Shown in pieces: positions 16,244-24,145 of a stretch of DNA of 32,126 nucleotides. Position 1 is the first letter of the stretch, and every line of letters begins with the position of its first letter. A model generated the notes under the pieces. That model made no database searches. It saw nothing but the letters and a program-made list of their open reading frames with translations, and was not told the DNA's origin. Origin of the DNA: an uncultured Eubacteriales bacterium (GTDB lineage Bacteria > Acidobacteriota > Aminicenantia > Aminicenantales > Saccharicenantaceae); the NCBI GenBank assembly GCA_964517245.1, contig CAZFBC010000005.1, positions 1 to 32,126 of the forward strand, given 5' to 3'. A program made the position numbers and the translations under genes.

Positions 16244-18553
16244 CTAAGCGTCCCGGCCGGGCCGGGACATGCGTTCGATGTAAACCCTCATGAAGCGGAG
16301 GGCCTCGTCGGCCCGACGGAAGACGGGGACCCCGGCCCGCTCGAGATGGGCGGCCAGCGGGTCGTAGAGGCCGCCCGCGTCGATGTTGACGACCATCGGC
16401 TTGTCCGTCGACCGGAACAGCTCGATCGTCCGCGCGGCGAATCCCCCCGGGGCGGCCAGGTCCTCCCCGTGCCCCTCCCCGGCCGGCAGCGTCCGCATGG
16501 CCTTGGTCAGCGGCACGCACGAGACGACGGCGCAATCGACCCCCGGATCCTCCACGATGGCCCGGGCGCAGTCCGCGAACGCGGCGTCGTCCGCGACGGG
16601 CGTCATGTCCAGCGGGTTGTGAACGTCGAGCAGCCGGTCGATGCCGAGCGGACGCAGAGCCTCGAGGATGCGCTCCCGCGTCGCCGCCGCGAAGGGGGCC
16701 AGGTCCAGGCCCGAGCCGTTCTTGAGGTTGTCGGCCATCATGACGCACTCGAAGCCGGCGTTGCTGATGAGCCCCACCCGGCGGCCGCGGACCTCGCGGC
16801 CCCGGAGCCAGGCCAGGCCCTTCATGAAGCTCTCGAACTCGAACAGGTCGGAGGCCACGATGGCCCCGGCCTGCCCGCAGAGGGCCCGGAAGACGCCGTA
16901 GTCCCCGGCCACGGACGCGGTGTGGCTCGACGTCGCCGACCGCCCTTCGGGGCTTCGGCCGGCCTTGTAGACGAGGACCGTGCGGCCGGTCGCCGTGATG
17001 TCTCGGACGGCCCGGGCGAAGGCCAGCCCGTCCCCGGGCCTGAATCCCTCCATGTAGACGCAGAAGATCCGGACCTCGGGATCGTCCTTGAGGTGAGCGA
17101 GGTAGTCGGAGGCCGTGAGATCGACCTGGTTGCCCAGGGAGACGGAGTAGACGGGCTCGATCGACGGCAGCTTGCTCATCCGGCAGATCATGAAGGCGCC
17201 GCTCTGGCTGATCAGGGCCAGGGCCGAGCCGGGGCCCTTGGGCCGGGGCAGCTTGTACTCCGGGATGAACACGGTGTCGTAGCGGCCGGGCTTGGAGGCG
17301 ACCCCCAGGCAGTTGCCTCCGTTGACGACCGGGGTTATGCCGCCGGCGGCGCGGCCGGCGGCCAGGAGGCCGCGGATGCCCTCCTCGATCGAGGCCCCGC
17401 CCTCCTTCTCGCCCATGCCGGCGGCGATGAGGATGACCGACCGCGCCTTCCCGAAGGCGACGAGGTCCCTCATGACGTCGAGGCACTGGTCGGCGGCCAG
17501 GGTCAGGACGAAGAGATCGACCGGACCCGGCATGGCCTCGACCGTGGGCACGCAGCGGCAGCCCTCGATCGTCGCGAGCCCGGGCTTGACCACGACGACG
17601 CGGGCGGGGTCGAAGCCGCCGCCGAGGATGTTGTTGAGGATGACGTGGCCGATGTTCATCTTCTCCGAGACGCCGATGATGCCGATCGACCGGGGCCTGA
17701 GCAGATGGGCCACGGCCCCCGCCGGCCGGGCCGCGGAGACGGCCTTGTCGCGGGAGAAGCGGCACACGCCGTCGAGCGGCACGAGGCGGCCGCGGCGGAC
17801 GACGAAGGGGTTGACCTCGACCTCTTCGAGGACGAACGGCGTGTCCGGGCTGAACGGCGAGAAGGCGGCGGCCAGGTCGCGGAAGCGGAGCAGCGTCCGG
17901 ACCAGGACGCCCGGCGGGACGAGGGCCTTGCGGCCCCGGAACTCCGCCGCCAGCTTGCCGAAGAAGGCCAGCGGCTCGAGCAGGCCCGGCGCCGCGGCCT
18001 CGTCGAGCAGGTGGGCCGAGGCGATGGCCGCGGCCCTCCCTTCGCCGAGGCGCTCGCTCATGTACTCGACGTCGAGCCCCCCGCCGCCCATGGTCAGGAC
18101 GGGGCCGAAGTCCTTGGAGTTCCTGGCCCCGAGCAGGATCTCCGAGCCGAAGCCGATGTCGTCGAAGGCGACCTTTTCGACGACGAGGAAGCCGCGGACC
18201 GACGCCCTCACGGCCTTCCTCTCCGGGCCGCGGGAGCGGGCGACGACGCGCTCGAGCATGGCCGCAAAGGTCCGGTTGACGGCCCGGGATTCGGCTTTGG
18301 CGACGGCCACCCCGCCGACATCCGACTTGTGGACGACGAGCGGGGACACGATCTTGACGACGACCTCCCGCGCCCCCAGGGACTCGAGCTCCCTGCGGGT
18401 GACGGCCCGTCCGGCGGGGACGAAGACGCGGCGCGGCGCCGGCAGGCCCGCCTCCTCGAGCATCTCGTAGACCTCGGGCTCGAGGAGGAAGCTCCGGCCG
18501 TCACTCTCCGCGGCTTCGAGGAGACGGATGGTCCTGGCCCAGGCGGTCTTCAT
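16244..18553 (-). CDS. ADP-forming acyl-CoA synthetase (ACD/NDP-forming family), fused with the ATP-grasp part N-terminal to the CoA-binding part
   Basis: 769 aa from the ATG at 18553, which overlaps the iorB stop as ATGA. The N-terminal third is ATP-grasp-like (VVKIVSPLVVHKSDVGGV, LLGARNSKDFGPVLTMGGGG). This is followed by the CoA-binding/ligase region (PRSIGIIGVS, ISQSGAF) and the phosphohistidine loop (ATSSHTASVAG). Confidence 0.85.
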   Translation of the reverse strand: MKTAWARTIRLLEAAESDGRSFLLEPEVYEMLEEAGLPAPRRVFVPAGRAVTRRELESLGAREVVVKIVSPLVVHKSDVGGVAVAKAESRAVNRTFAAMLERVVARSRGPERKAVRASVRGFLVVEKVAFDDIGFGSEILLGARNSKDFGPVLTMGGGGLDVEYMSERLGEGRAAAIASAHLLDEAAAPGLLEPLAFFGKLAAEFRGRKALVPPGVLVRTLLRFRDLAAAFSPFSPDTPFVLEEVEVNPFVVRRGRLVPLDGVCRFSRDKAVSAARPAGAVAHLLRPRSIGIIGVSEKMNIGHVILNNILGGGFDPARVVVVKPGLATIEGCRCVPTVEAMPGPVDLFVLTLAADQCLDVMRDLVAFGKARSVILIAAGMGEKEGGASIEEGIRGLLAAGRAAGGITPVVNGGNCLGVASKPGRYDTVFIPEYKLPRPKGPGSALALISQSGAFMICRMSKLPSIEPVYSVSLGNQVDLTASDYLAHLKDDPEVRIFCVYMEGFRPGDGLAFARAVRDITATGRTVLVYKAGRSPEGRSATSSHTASVAGDYGVFRALCGQAGAIVASDLFEFESFMKGLAWLRGREVRGRRVGLISNAGFECVMMADNLKNGSGLDLAPFAAATRERILEALRPLGIDRLLDVHNPLDMTPVADDAAFADCARAIVEDPGVDCAVVSCVPLTKAMRTLPAGEGHGEDLAAPGGFAARTIELFRSTDKPMVVNIDAGGLYDPLAAHLERAGVPVFRRADEALRFMRVYIERMSRPGRDA

Positions 18554-19128
18554 GAGCCCAGGGCCGCCTTCCGGCCGAGCTCGAAGGCCTTGAGGTTGGC
18601 CTCGAGGACGGTCGCCCCCCGGTTGCGGAAGAGCGCCTCGATCGTCTTCAGGAGGCTCTCCTCCTTGAGGATGAGGAACGAGGCCGCCGCCCCGAGGAGG
18701 ACGACGTTCTGGGCCTTGACCGTGCCGGCCTCCCGGGCCAGCTTCTCCGAGTCGACGACGACGCTCCGGGGCGCCCGGCCGATCGCCTCGAGGACCCGGT
18801 CGACCTCGGGATAGTCGGGGATGTTGCGGTAGGGCGTCGAGCTGGTGACGACGACCCCGTCCGGCCGGAGGCAGTCCAGGTAGCGGAGGGCCTCGAGCGG
18901 CTCGACGCTCAGGATCATGTCCGCCTCGCCCTTGGGGATGAGGTCGCTCCAGATCGTCCCGTCCGAGAGCCGCAGGTGCGACTGGACGGCGCCGCCGCGC
19001 TGGGCCATGCCGTGGACCTCGGCCTGCTTGAAGAAGAGGCCGTCGGCGAGGGCGGCGTGGTCGATGACGTAGGCGATGGACAGGATGCCCTGGCCGCCGA
19101 CACCCGCGAGGATGATGTCCTGCTTCAT
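18550..19128 (-). CDS. iorB: Indolepyruvate:ferredoxin oxidoreductase subunit beta
   Basis: 192 aa. MKQDIILAGVGGQGILS and EVHGMAQRGGAV are the IorB / gamma-domain motifs. SD AAAGGAG lies inside the end of iorA, with a 3-nt gap to the iorA stop. Confidence 0.88.
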   Translation of the reverse strand: MKQDIILAGVGGQGILSIAYVIDHAALADGLFFKQAEVHGMAQRGGAVQSHLRLSDGTIWSDLIPKGEADMILSVEPLEALRYLDCLRPDGVVVTSSTPYRNIPDYPEVDRVLEAIGRAPRSVVVDSEKLAREAGTVKAQNVVLLGAAASFLILKEESLLKTIEALFRNRGATVLEANLKAFELGRKAALGS

Positions 19129-19131
19129 GGC

Positions 19132-20727
19132 CTAGCTCCTTTTCTTCTTCCGCTGTTCCTGGACGCACTCCCGGACGGCCACGACGACGGACAGGCCGCG
19201 GTGATCGATCTCGTCCTTGAGGACCTGGACGTTCCGGTCGTGGTTCTTCGGCAGGGGCTCGATCGTCCGGATGCGGTCCCGGGCGACCCCGAGCCCCTCG
19301 ACGAGGCGCAGGAGCCTCTCGCCCGAGCCGTAGGTCGGCTGGCCGCCGGTCATGGCCGTCGTCGCGTTGTCCAGGATGACGACGGTCATGTCGGCGTCGG
19401 CGTCGGCCGCGCCGAGCAGGGGCGTGATCCCGGAGTGGGCGAAGGTCGAGTCGCCGATGACCGCGACGGCCGGGCGGAGCCCGACGTCGGAGGCGCCGCG
19501 GGCCATGCCGATGCTCGCCCCCATGCAGACGCAGGTGTGAATGGCGTTGTAGGGCGGCAGGGCCCCGAGGGTGTAGCAGCCGATGTCGCTGAAGACGTTC
19601 GAGCCGTCGCGGCCCTCGAGGGCCTTGTTGAGGGCCTTGAAGGTGTCGGCGTGCGGGCAGCCGGCGCAGAGCTGGGGCGGCCGCCCCGCGAGCGGCAGGC
19701 CGCCGGGCGGGAGGGTCGGGAGGGGCTCGAGGCCGAGGGCCGTCCGGACGATGTCCGGCGAGAGCTCGCCCGAGGGCGGCAGGGGCCCGCCGAGCTTGCC
19801 CCGGACGGTCTTGCCGGAGATGCCGAAGAGCCCCCTGAGCTGGCTCTCGATGAAGGGGTAGCCGTCCTCGAGGACGAGGACCGTTTCGACGCCCGCGACG
19901 AGCTCGCGGACGAGGCGCTCGGGCAAAGGATAGGTCGAGACCTTGAGGAAGGGCGGCGGGGCGGCCAGACCCGCCACGGCCTCGCGGAAATAGTTGTAAG
20001 CGACGCCCGAGGCGATGACCCCGAGCGGACCGCCGGTCTCGCCGAGGGCCAGGACGTTGAACCGGGACTCGTCGGAGAAGCGGACCATCTCGGCCTGGAG
20101 GTCGAGGAGCCGGCCGAAGCGGCGGCGGGCGTTGACGGGCAGGAGGATCCAGTCCCGGGACGAGCCCTTCTTCAGCGCGTTCTGGGGCCGGGCCTCGCGG
20201 GTCTCGACCGGCGAGCGGCTGTGGGAAAGCCGCGTCACCAGGCGCATGAGGACGGGCAGCCCGAGGCGCTCCGACAGGTCGAAGGCCTCCCGGGCCATGT
20301 CGTAGGCTTCCTGGTGGCCGGCGGGCTCGTAGGCGAAGATGTGCGCGAACCGGGCGTAATAGCGGCTGTCCTGCTCGTTCTGCGAGCTGTGCATGCCGGG
20401 ATCGTCGGCGCTGACGACGAGGAGGCCGCCGTTGGCCCCGGTGACGGCCGAGTTCATGAAGGGGTCGGCCGCGACGTTGAGGCCGACGTGCTTGAAGGAG
20501 ACGAGGGCCCTTTTCCCGGCGAAGGAGGCGCCGAGGGCCTCTTCGTAAGCCACCTTCTCGTTGACCGACCAGACGGCCTTGAAGTCCCCCCTGTCGGCGG
20601 CCAGGCGGAGGAGAAATTCCAGGATCTCGGAGGCGGGGGTTCCGGGGTAGGAATAGGCGGCCGAGAGACCGGCGTCGACGGCCCCCTGGGCGACCGCTTC
20701 GTCACCGAGCAGGATCTGGCGGGACAT
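19132..20727 (-). CDS. iorA: Indolepyruvate:ferredoxin oxidoreductase subunit alpha (short form without ferredoxin-type domain)
   Basis: 531 aa from the ATG at 20727 (SD GGAAGGGGAGAG). LLGDEAVAQGAVDAGL, YPGTPASEI, SSQNEQDSR, LCAGCPH and GDSTFAHSG are the TPP and Fe-S motifs of IorA. The 32 codons upstream in the track are shadow sequence. Confidence 0.88.
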   Translation of the reverse strand: MSRQILLGDEAVAQGAVDAGLSAAYSYPGTPASEILEFLLRLAADRGDFKAVWSVNEKVAYEEALGASFAGKRALVSFKHVGLNVAADPFMNSAVTGANGGLLVVSADDPGMHSSQNEQDSRYYARFAHIFAYEPAGHQEAYDMAREAFDLSERLGLPVLMRLVTRLSHSRSPVETREARPQNALKKGSSRDWILLPVNARRRFGRLLDLQAEMVRFSDESRFNVLALGETGGPLGVIASGVAYNYFREAVAGLAAPPPFLKVSTYPLPERLVRELVAGVETVLVLEDGYPFIESQLRGLFGISGKTVRGKLGGPLPPSGELSPDIVRTALGLEPLPTLPPGGLPLAGRPPQLCAGCPHADTFKALNKALEGRDGSNVFSDIGCYTLGALPPYNAIHTCVCMGASIGMARGASDVGLRPAVAVIGDSTFAHSGITPLLGAADADADMTVVILDNATTAMTGGQPTYGSGERLLRLVEGLGVARDRIRTIEPLPKNHDRNVQVLKDEIDHRGLSVVVAVRECVQEQRKKKRS

Positions 20728-20812
20728 GGGCTCTCCCCTTCCGGCGGTATTTCGACGGGCGCGCCCCCTGGCCGGAGGTCGCGGACACGACGGGCTCGCC
20801 GGTCGAGGGGGT

Positions 20813-20842
20813 AGGATACTCACACGGCGCCCGGGGTGTCAA
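20813..20842 (-). promoter_or_regulatory. Candidate promoter for iorA-iorB-acd: TTGACA - 18 nt - TATCCT
   Basis: Minus-strand reading. Perfect -35 TTGACA at 20842-20837. The -10 TATCCT is at 20818-20813. This implies a leader of roughly 80 nt. Confidence 0.35.
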
Positions 20843-20896
20843 CCCGGGTCGCGGGCCGCGACGGACGGCTAATCCTACCATTCCCATCAGTTCGTG

Positions 20897-20925
20897 TTGC
20901 TATTCCCGCGGAAGCCCTGTAGAAT
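20897..20925 (+). promoter_or_regulatory. Candidate promoter for the Rrf2 gene: TTGCTA - 17 nt - TAGAAT
   Basis: Hexamers at 20897-20902 and 20920-20925. The SD and ATG follow within 20 nt. Confidence 0.45.
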
Positions 20926-20944
20926 GAGCGGGCAAGGAGCCGCC

Positions 20945-21493
20945 ATGATCAGACTCTCGACCAAGGGCCGCTACGGCACGCGCCTGATGCTCAACCTCGC
21001 CCGCCACCACGGCCTCGAACGCGAGGCCGTCATCCTCAAGCGCATCTCCGAGGACGAAGGGATCTCGATCCGCTACCTCGAGCAGATCATCATCCCCCTC
21101 AAGAACGGCCGCCTGGTCAGGAGCATCCGCGGCGCGGGCGGGGGGTACGCCCTGGCCCGCAGGCCCGAGGACATCACGCTCGGCGAGATCATCGACGCCC
21201 TCGAGGGCCACTGCTGCCTGGTCGAGTGCATCGACGACGGCTCGGGCTGCGATTTCGTGCAGACCTGCCCGACCTATGACGTTTGGAAGGGCGCGAACGA
21301 CCTCCTGAGGAGCTACTTCGACGGCATCACGCTCCGGGACGTCCTCGAGCGGACCGCGAAAAAGGGCCAGGCCGTCAGGGCTTCCCGAGCCCCTGGAAGA
21401 ACGCCGGCCAGAAGGGGTCCTGCTCAGGGACCTCGAGGGCCTCGACCCGCCCGTCGGCGCGGCGCAGGGTCCTCCGGCCCCGATCGGCGATGA
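20945..21493 (+). CDS. Rrf2-family transcriptional regulator with Cys-rich putative Fe-S sensing segment
   Basis: Start ATG at 20945 (MIRLSTKGRYG, SD AAGGAG 5 nt upstream). wHTH region ISIRYLEQIIIPLKNGRLVRSIRGAGGGY. Cys cluster CCLVECIDDGSGCDFVQTC. The ORF runs to 21493 through a basic low-complexity tail that overlaps the convergent gene. Confidence 0.8.
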   Translation: MIRLSTKGRYGTRLMLNLARHHGLEREAVILKRISEDEGISIRYLEQIIIPLKNGRLVRSIRGAGGGYALARRPEDITLGEIIDALEGHCCLVECIDDGSGCDFVQTCPTYDVWKGANDLLRSYFDGITLRDVLERTAKKGQAVRASRAPGRTPARRGPAQGPRGPRPARRRGAGSSGPDRR

Positions 21494-22415
21494 CCCGGCC
21501 GACGACCGACGCGGCGATCCGCTTCCTCTTCAGCCGGCCGATGAGGTTCGCGCTCCGCCCGGGCCGGACGGTCACGAGGAGGCTGCCCTCGGCGATGGCC
21601 CGGACCGGGTCGATGGCGAAGGCCTCGCAGACCATGCGGACCTCGTCCGGATAGACGAAGAGGCCCTCGTCGACCTCCATCCCCACCCCGCTCGCCGCGG
21701 CGATCTCGAAGAGGCCGCCGGCGACCCCCCCCTCGGTCGCGTCGTGCATGGCCGTGACGCCCCCGGCGGCCGCGGCGGCGAGCGCGTCCTCGACGACCGT
21801 GATCGACCGGGTCAGGGCCTTGGCCCGCCCGACGAGGGCGGCGGGGTAGCGCGCCAGGAGCTCCTCCTCGCGCAGCACCGCGAGCAGGGCCGCCGTCTCG
21901 ATGGCCGGGCCCTTCGTCAGCACGATGTCGTCGCCGGGCCTGGCCCCGGCGGGGGTCACGATGTCCTTCTTCCGGGCGACGGCGAAGACGGTGATGCCGC
22001 CGATCGTCGGGGCCGCGAACCCCGGGTAACGGCCGGTGTGCCCGCCGACGATGGCGATGCCGAGCTCGCGGGCGGACCGGTGGATGGCGTCGACGATCCG
22101 CCCGATGTCCTCCGGCCCCGTCTCCGGCGGAAGGAGGAGGGAGTAGGTCATGTAGCGCGGCCGGACGCCCATCACGGCGACGTCGCTCGCCCCGATGTGG
22201 ACGGTGAACCGGCCGAAGGTCTCGAGGGGGAGGCGCGGCATGGTGAAGATGGGGTCCTCGGCGACGACGAGCACCCGCCCGCCGCCGATGTCGACGACGC
22301 CGGCGTCGATCCCGGCCCGGGGCGGGACGATGACGCTCGGGTCCCGCCGGCCGAACTTGCCCTGGATCAGGGCCCGGAACTCCGCCTCGCCGATCTTGCC
22401 GATCTTCGCGGCCAT
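21375..22415 (-). CDS. AIR synthase-related (PurM/HypE/ThiL/SelD-fold) protein of unknown specificity
   Basis: 346 aa from the ATG at 22415, 11 nt after the folD stop. N-terminal DAGVVDIGGGRVLVVAEDPIF and central GGHTG / MHDATEGG motifs of the PurM superfamily. No C-terminal HypE-type Cys motif. Confidence 0.75.
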   Translation of the reverse strand: MAAKIGKIGEAEFRALIQGKFGRRDPSVIVPPRAGIDAGVVDIGGGRVLVVAEDPIFTMPRLPLETFGRFTVHIGASDVAVMGVRPRYMTYSLLLPPETGPEDIGRIVDAIHRSARELGIAIVGGHTGRYPGFAAPTIGGITVFAVARKKDIVTPAGARPGDDIVLTKGPAIETAALLAVLREEELLARYPAALVGRAKALTRSITVVEDALAAAAAGGVTAMHDATEGGVAGGLFEIAAASGVGMEVDEGLFVYPDEVRMVCEAFAIDPVRAIAEGSLLVTVRPGRSANLIGRLKRKRIAASVVGRVIADRGRRTLRRADGRVEALEVPEQDPFWPAFFQGLGKP

Positions 22416-22426
22416 CGTCGGGACCC

Positions 22427-23317
22427 TCAGGGCGCCAGGCCGGCCCGGCGCTCCGCGGCCTCGATGGTGTTCATCATCAGCATGGTCACCGTCATCGGCC
22501 CGACGCCGCCCGGCACGGGGGTGATGGCCGCGGCTTTCTCCTTGACGGGCTCGAAGTCGACGTCGCCGACCAGGCGGAATCCCTTCGGGGAGGTCGGGTC
22601 GGGGACGCGGTTGACGCCGACGTCGATGACGACGCAGCCTTCGGGGACCATCTCGGCCTTGATGGCCCGCGGCACGCCCATGGCGGCGACCAGGATGTCG
22701 GCCTGGAGCGTGAACCGTTTCAGGTCCGGCGTGGCGGTGTGGCAGACGGTCACCGTGGCGTTGGCCCCCTTCCTCTTCTGGATGAGCATGGCCGCCAGCG
22801 GCTTGCCGACGATGTTGCTGCGGCCGCAGACGACGACGTGCTTGCCGTCGGGGCCGTAGCCGCCCCGGACGAGGAGCTGGACGACGCCGTAGGGCGTGCA
22901 CGGCAGCGGGCAGGGCTCGCCCCGCAGCATCTTGCCGACGTTGACCGGGTGGAACCCGTCGACGTCCTTGTCCGGCGAGATGAGGCTGATGACCTTCTCG
23001 GAGCTGACGTACTTCGGCAGGGGCAGCTGGACGAGGAAGCCGTTGTACCGGTCGTCGCGGTTGAGGTCGTCGACCTGGCGGAGGATCGCCTCCTCCGAAG
23101 AGTCCGCCGGCAGGCGGATGGTCGTCTCGAAGATGCCGATCTCCTCGGCCGCCCTGGCCTTGGCGGTCACGTACGAGACCGAGGCCGGGTCCTCGCCCAC
23201 GAGGACGACGGCGAGGCCGGGGACCGCGCCCTTCTCCTTGAGGCGCGCCGCCCGCCCCTTGAGCTCCGCGCGGATCTCGGCCGAAACGTCCTTGCCGCTG
23301 ATGATCGTCGCCGCCAT
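22427..23317 (-). CDS. folD: Bifunctional 5,10-methylene-tetrahydrofolate dehydrogenase / methenyl-THF cyclohydrolase
   Basis: 296 aa. IISGKDVSAEIR, PGLAVVLVGEDPASVSYV, LVQLPLP, VVCGRSNIVGKPLA and ITPVPGGVGPMT are canonical FolD motifs. SD GGAGGAGG upstream. Confidence 0.93.
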   Translation of the reverse strand: MAATIISGKDVSAEIRAELKGRAARLKEKGAVPGLAVVLVGEDPASVSYVTAKARAAEEIGIFETTIRLPADSSEEAILRQVDDLNRDDRYNGFLVQLPLPKYVSSEKVISLISPDKDVDGFHPVNVGKMLRGEPCPLPCTPYGVVQLLVRGGYGPDGKHVVVCGRSNIVGKPLAAMLIQKRKGANATVTVCHTATPDLKRFTLQADILVAAMGVPRAIKAEMVPEGCVVIDVGVNRVPDPTSPKGFRLVGDVDFEPVKEKAAAITPVPGGVGPMTVTMLMMNTIEAAERRAGLAP

Positions 23318-23353
23318 GGTGTCCTCCTCCGTGTTCGTGGGGCCGTCGACCCT

Positions 23354-23382
23354 ACTTTAAACAACGGGGGGCGACCGGTCAA
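23354..23382 (-). promoter_or_regulatory. Candidate promoter for folD: TTGACC - 17 nt - TAAAGT
   Basis: Minus-strand reading. The -35 is at 23382-23377 and the -10 at 23359-23354, about 36 nt upstream of the folD ATG, with GGAGGAGG in the leader. Confidence 0.45.
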
Positions 23383-23416
23383 GGCCGGCGAGGTCGTTCC
23401 CCGCGTCGCGCCAAGT

Positions 23417-23443
23417 CCCTCTCGGCCGTGTGGCTCGAGAGGG
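23417..23443 (-). terminator. GC-rich hairpin just downstream of the ABC-operon lipoprotein gene
   Basis: CCCTCTCG (23417-23424) pairs with CGAGAGGG (23436-23443), giving an 8-bp stem and 11-nt loop. It starts 4 nt after the stop at 23448. There is no U-tract. Confidence 0.35.
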
Positions 23444-23447
23444 GGCC

Positions 23448-24143
23448 CTACTTGAGCGCCGGGATGGCCGGGAACTCGGGCACGTTCGGCGCGGCCCGCC
23501 GGACCTCGAACACCGCGACCTCCATCGGGACGCCGGCCGCGGGGATGACGACGCTGTCGCCCGTGGTCTCGCCCGAAACGTCCAGACGGTCGCCCTTGGC
23601 GTAAGGGGTGAGCTCCATGGCCAGGAACAGCCGCTCTCTCCGGAAATCCGCTTCGCAGTCCGCGAAATAGCCGTCCACGTGATCGCCCCCGACCGTCCGG
23701 ACGAACTTCGCGTCGGAGACGATGGTCATGATCCGACCCTTCGGACCCGACCGGGAACGGAGCTCGGGAACGGCCCCGGCGGGGAGGGTGTCCGTCCCGA
23801 TCTTCCAGACGACCAGGACAGGCACCGGATACCACTTCGCGTATTCCCCGGTCTCTTCGCGGAAAACGGTCGGAGATGCGGAGCCGAAAGGCCCTTCGAC
23901 CCTGACCCGGCTCCCCGGCTCGTAGGACCGGTCCCGGGTGTAGAGGAAGAACTCGTCGCCGCCGTCGGTCTGCCGGGCCCAATATCCGGGGACCCGGGAA
24001 GACGACAGGACGATCTCCGCGGGGCCGCTGGTCAGGACCATCGTCCGGGCCCGGCTGCTCCAGCCTTCGCTCGGCCCGCTGCGGCACGCGGTCAGGACGA
24101 CGGCCGCGATGACCGCGATTCGGATCGAGCGACAGGACCGCAT
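23448..24143 (-). CDS. Lipoprotein of unknown function, last gene of the ABC operon
   Basis: 231 aa. Signal plus lipobox VVLTAC (Cys20). Balanced composition, unlike the two overlapping shadow ORFs. The start is 2 nt after the permease stop. Confidence 0.65.
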   Translation of the reverse strand: MRSCRSIRIAVIAAVVLTACRSGPSEGWSSRARTMVLTSGPAEIVLSSSRVPGYWARQTDGGDEFFLYTRDRSYEPGSRVRVEGPFGSASPTVFREETGEYAKWYPVPVLVVWKIGTDTLPAGAVPELRSRSGPKGRIMTIVSDAKFVRTVGGDHVDGYFADCEADFRRERLFLAMELTPYAKGDRLDVSGETTGDSVVIPAAGVPMEVAVFEVRRAAPNVPEFPAIPALK

Positions 24144-24145
24144 GA

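Noticed and set aside
16249-16268. Palindrome GTCCCGGCCGGGCCGGGAC at the convergent junction of the cytochrome gene and the ACD gene.
   Set aside because: It lies inside the ACD coding sequence (SRPGRDA codons) and is built from CCGG/GGCC repeats common at this GC content. I cannot distinguish it from chance without statistics.
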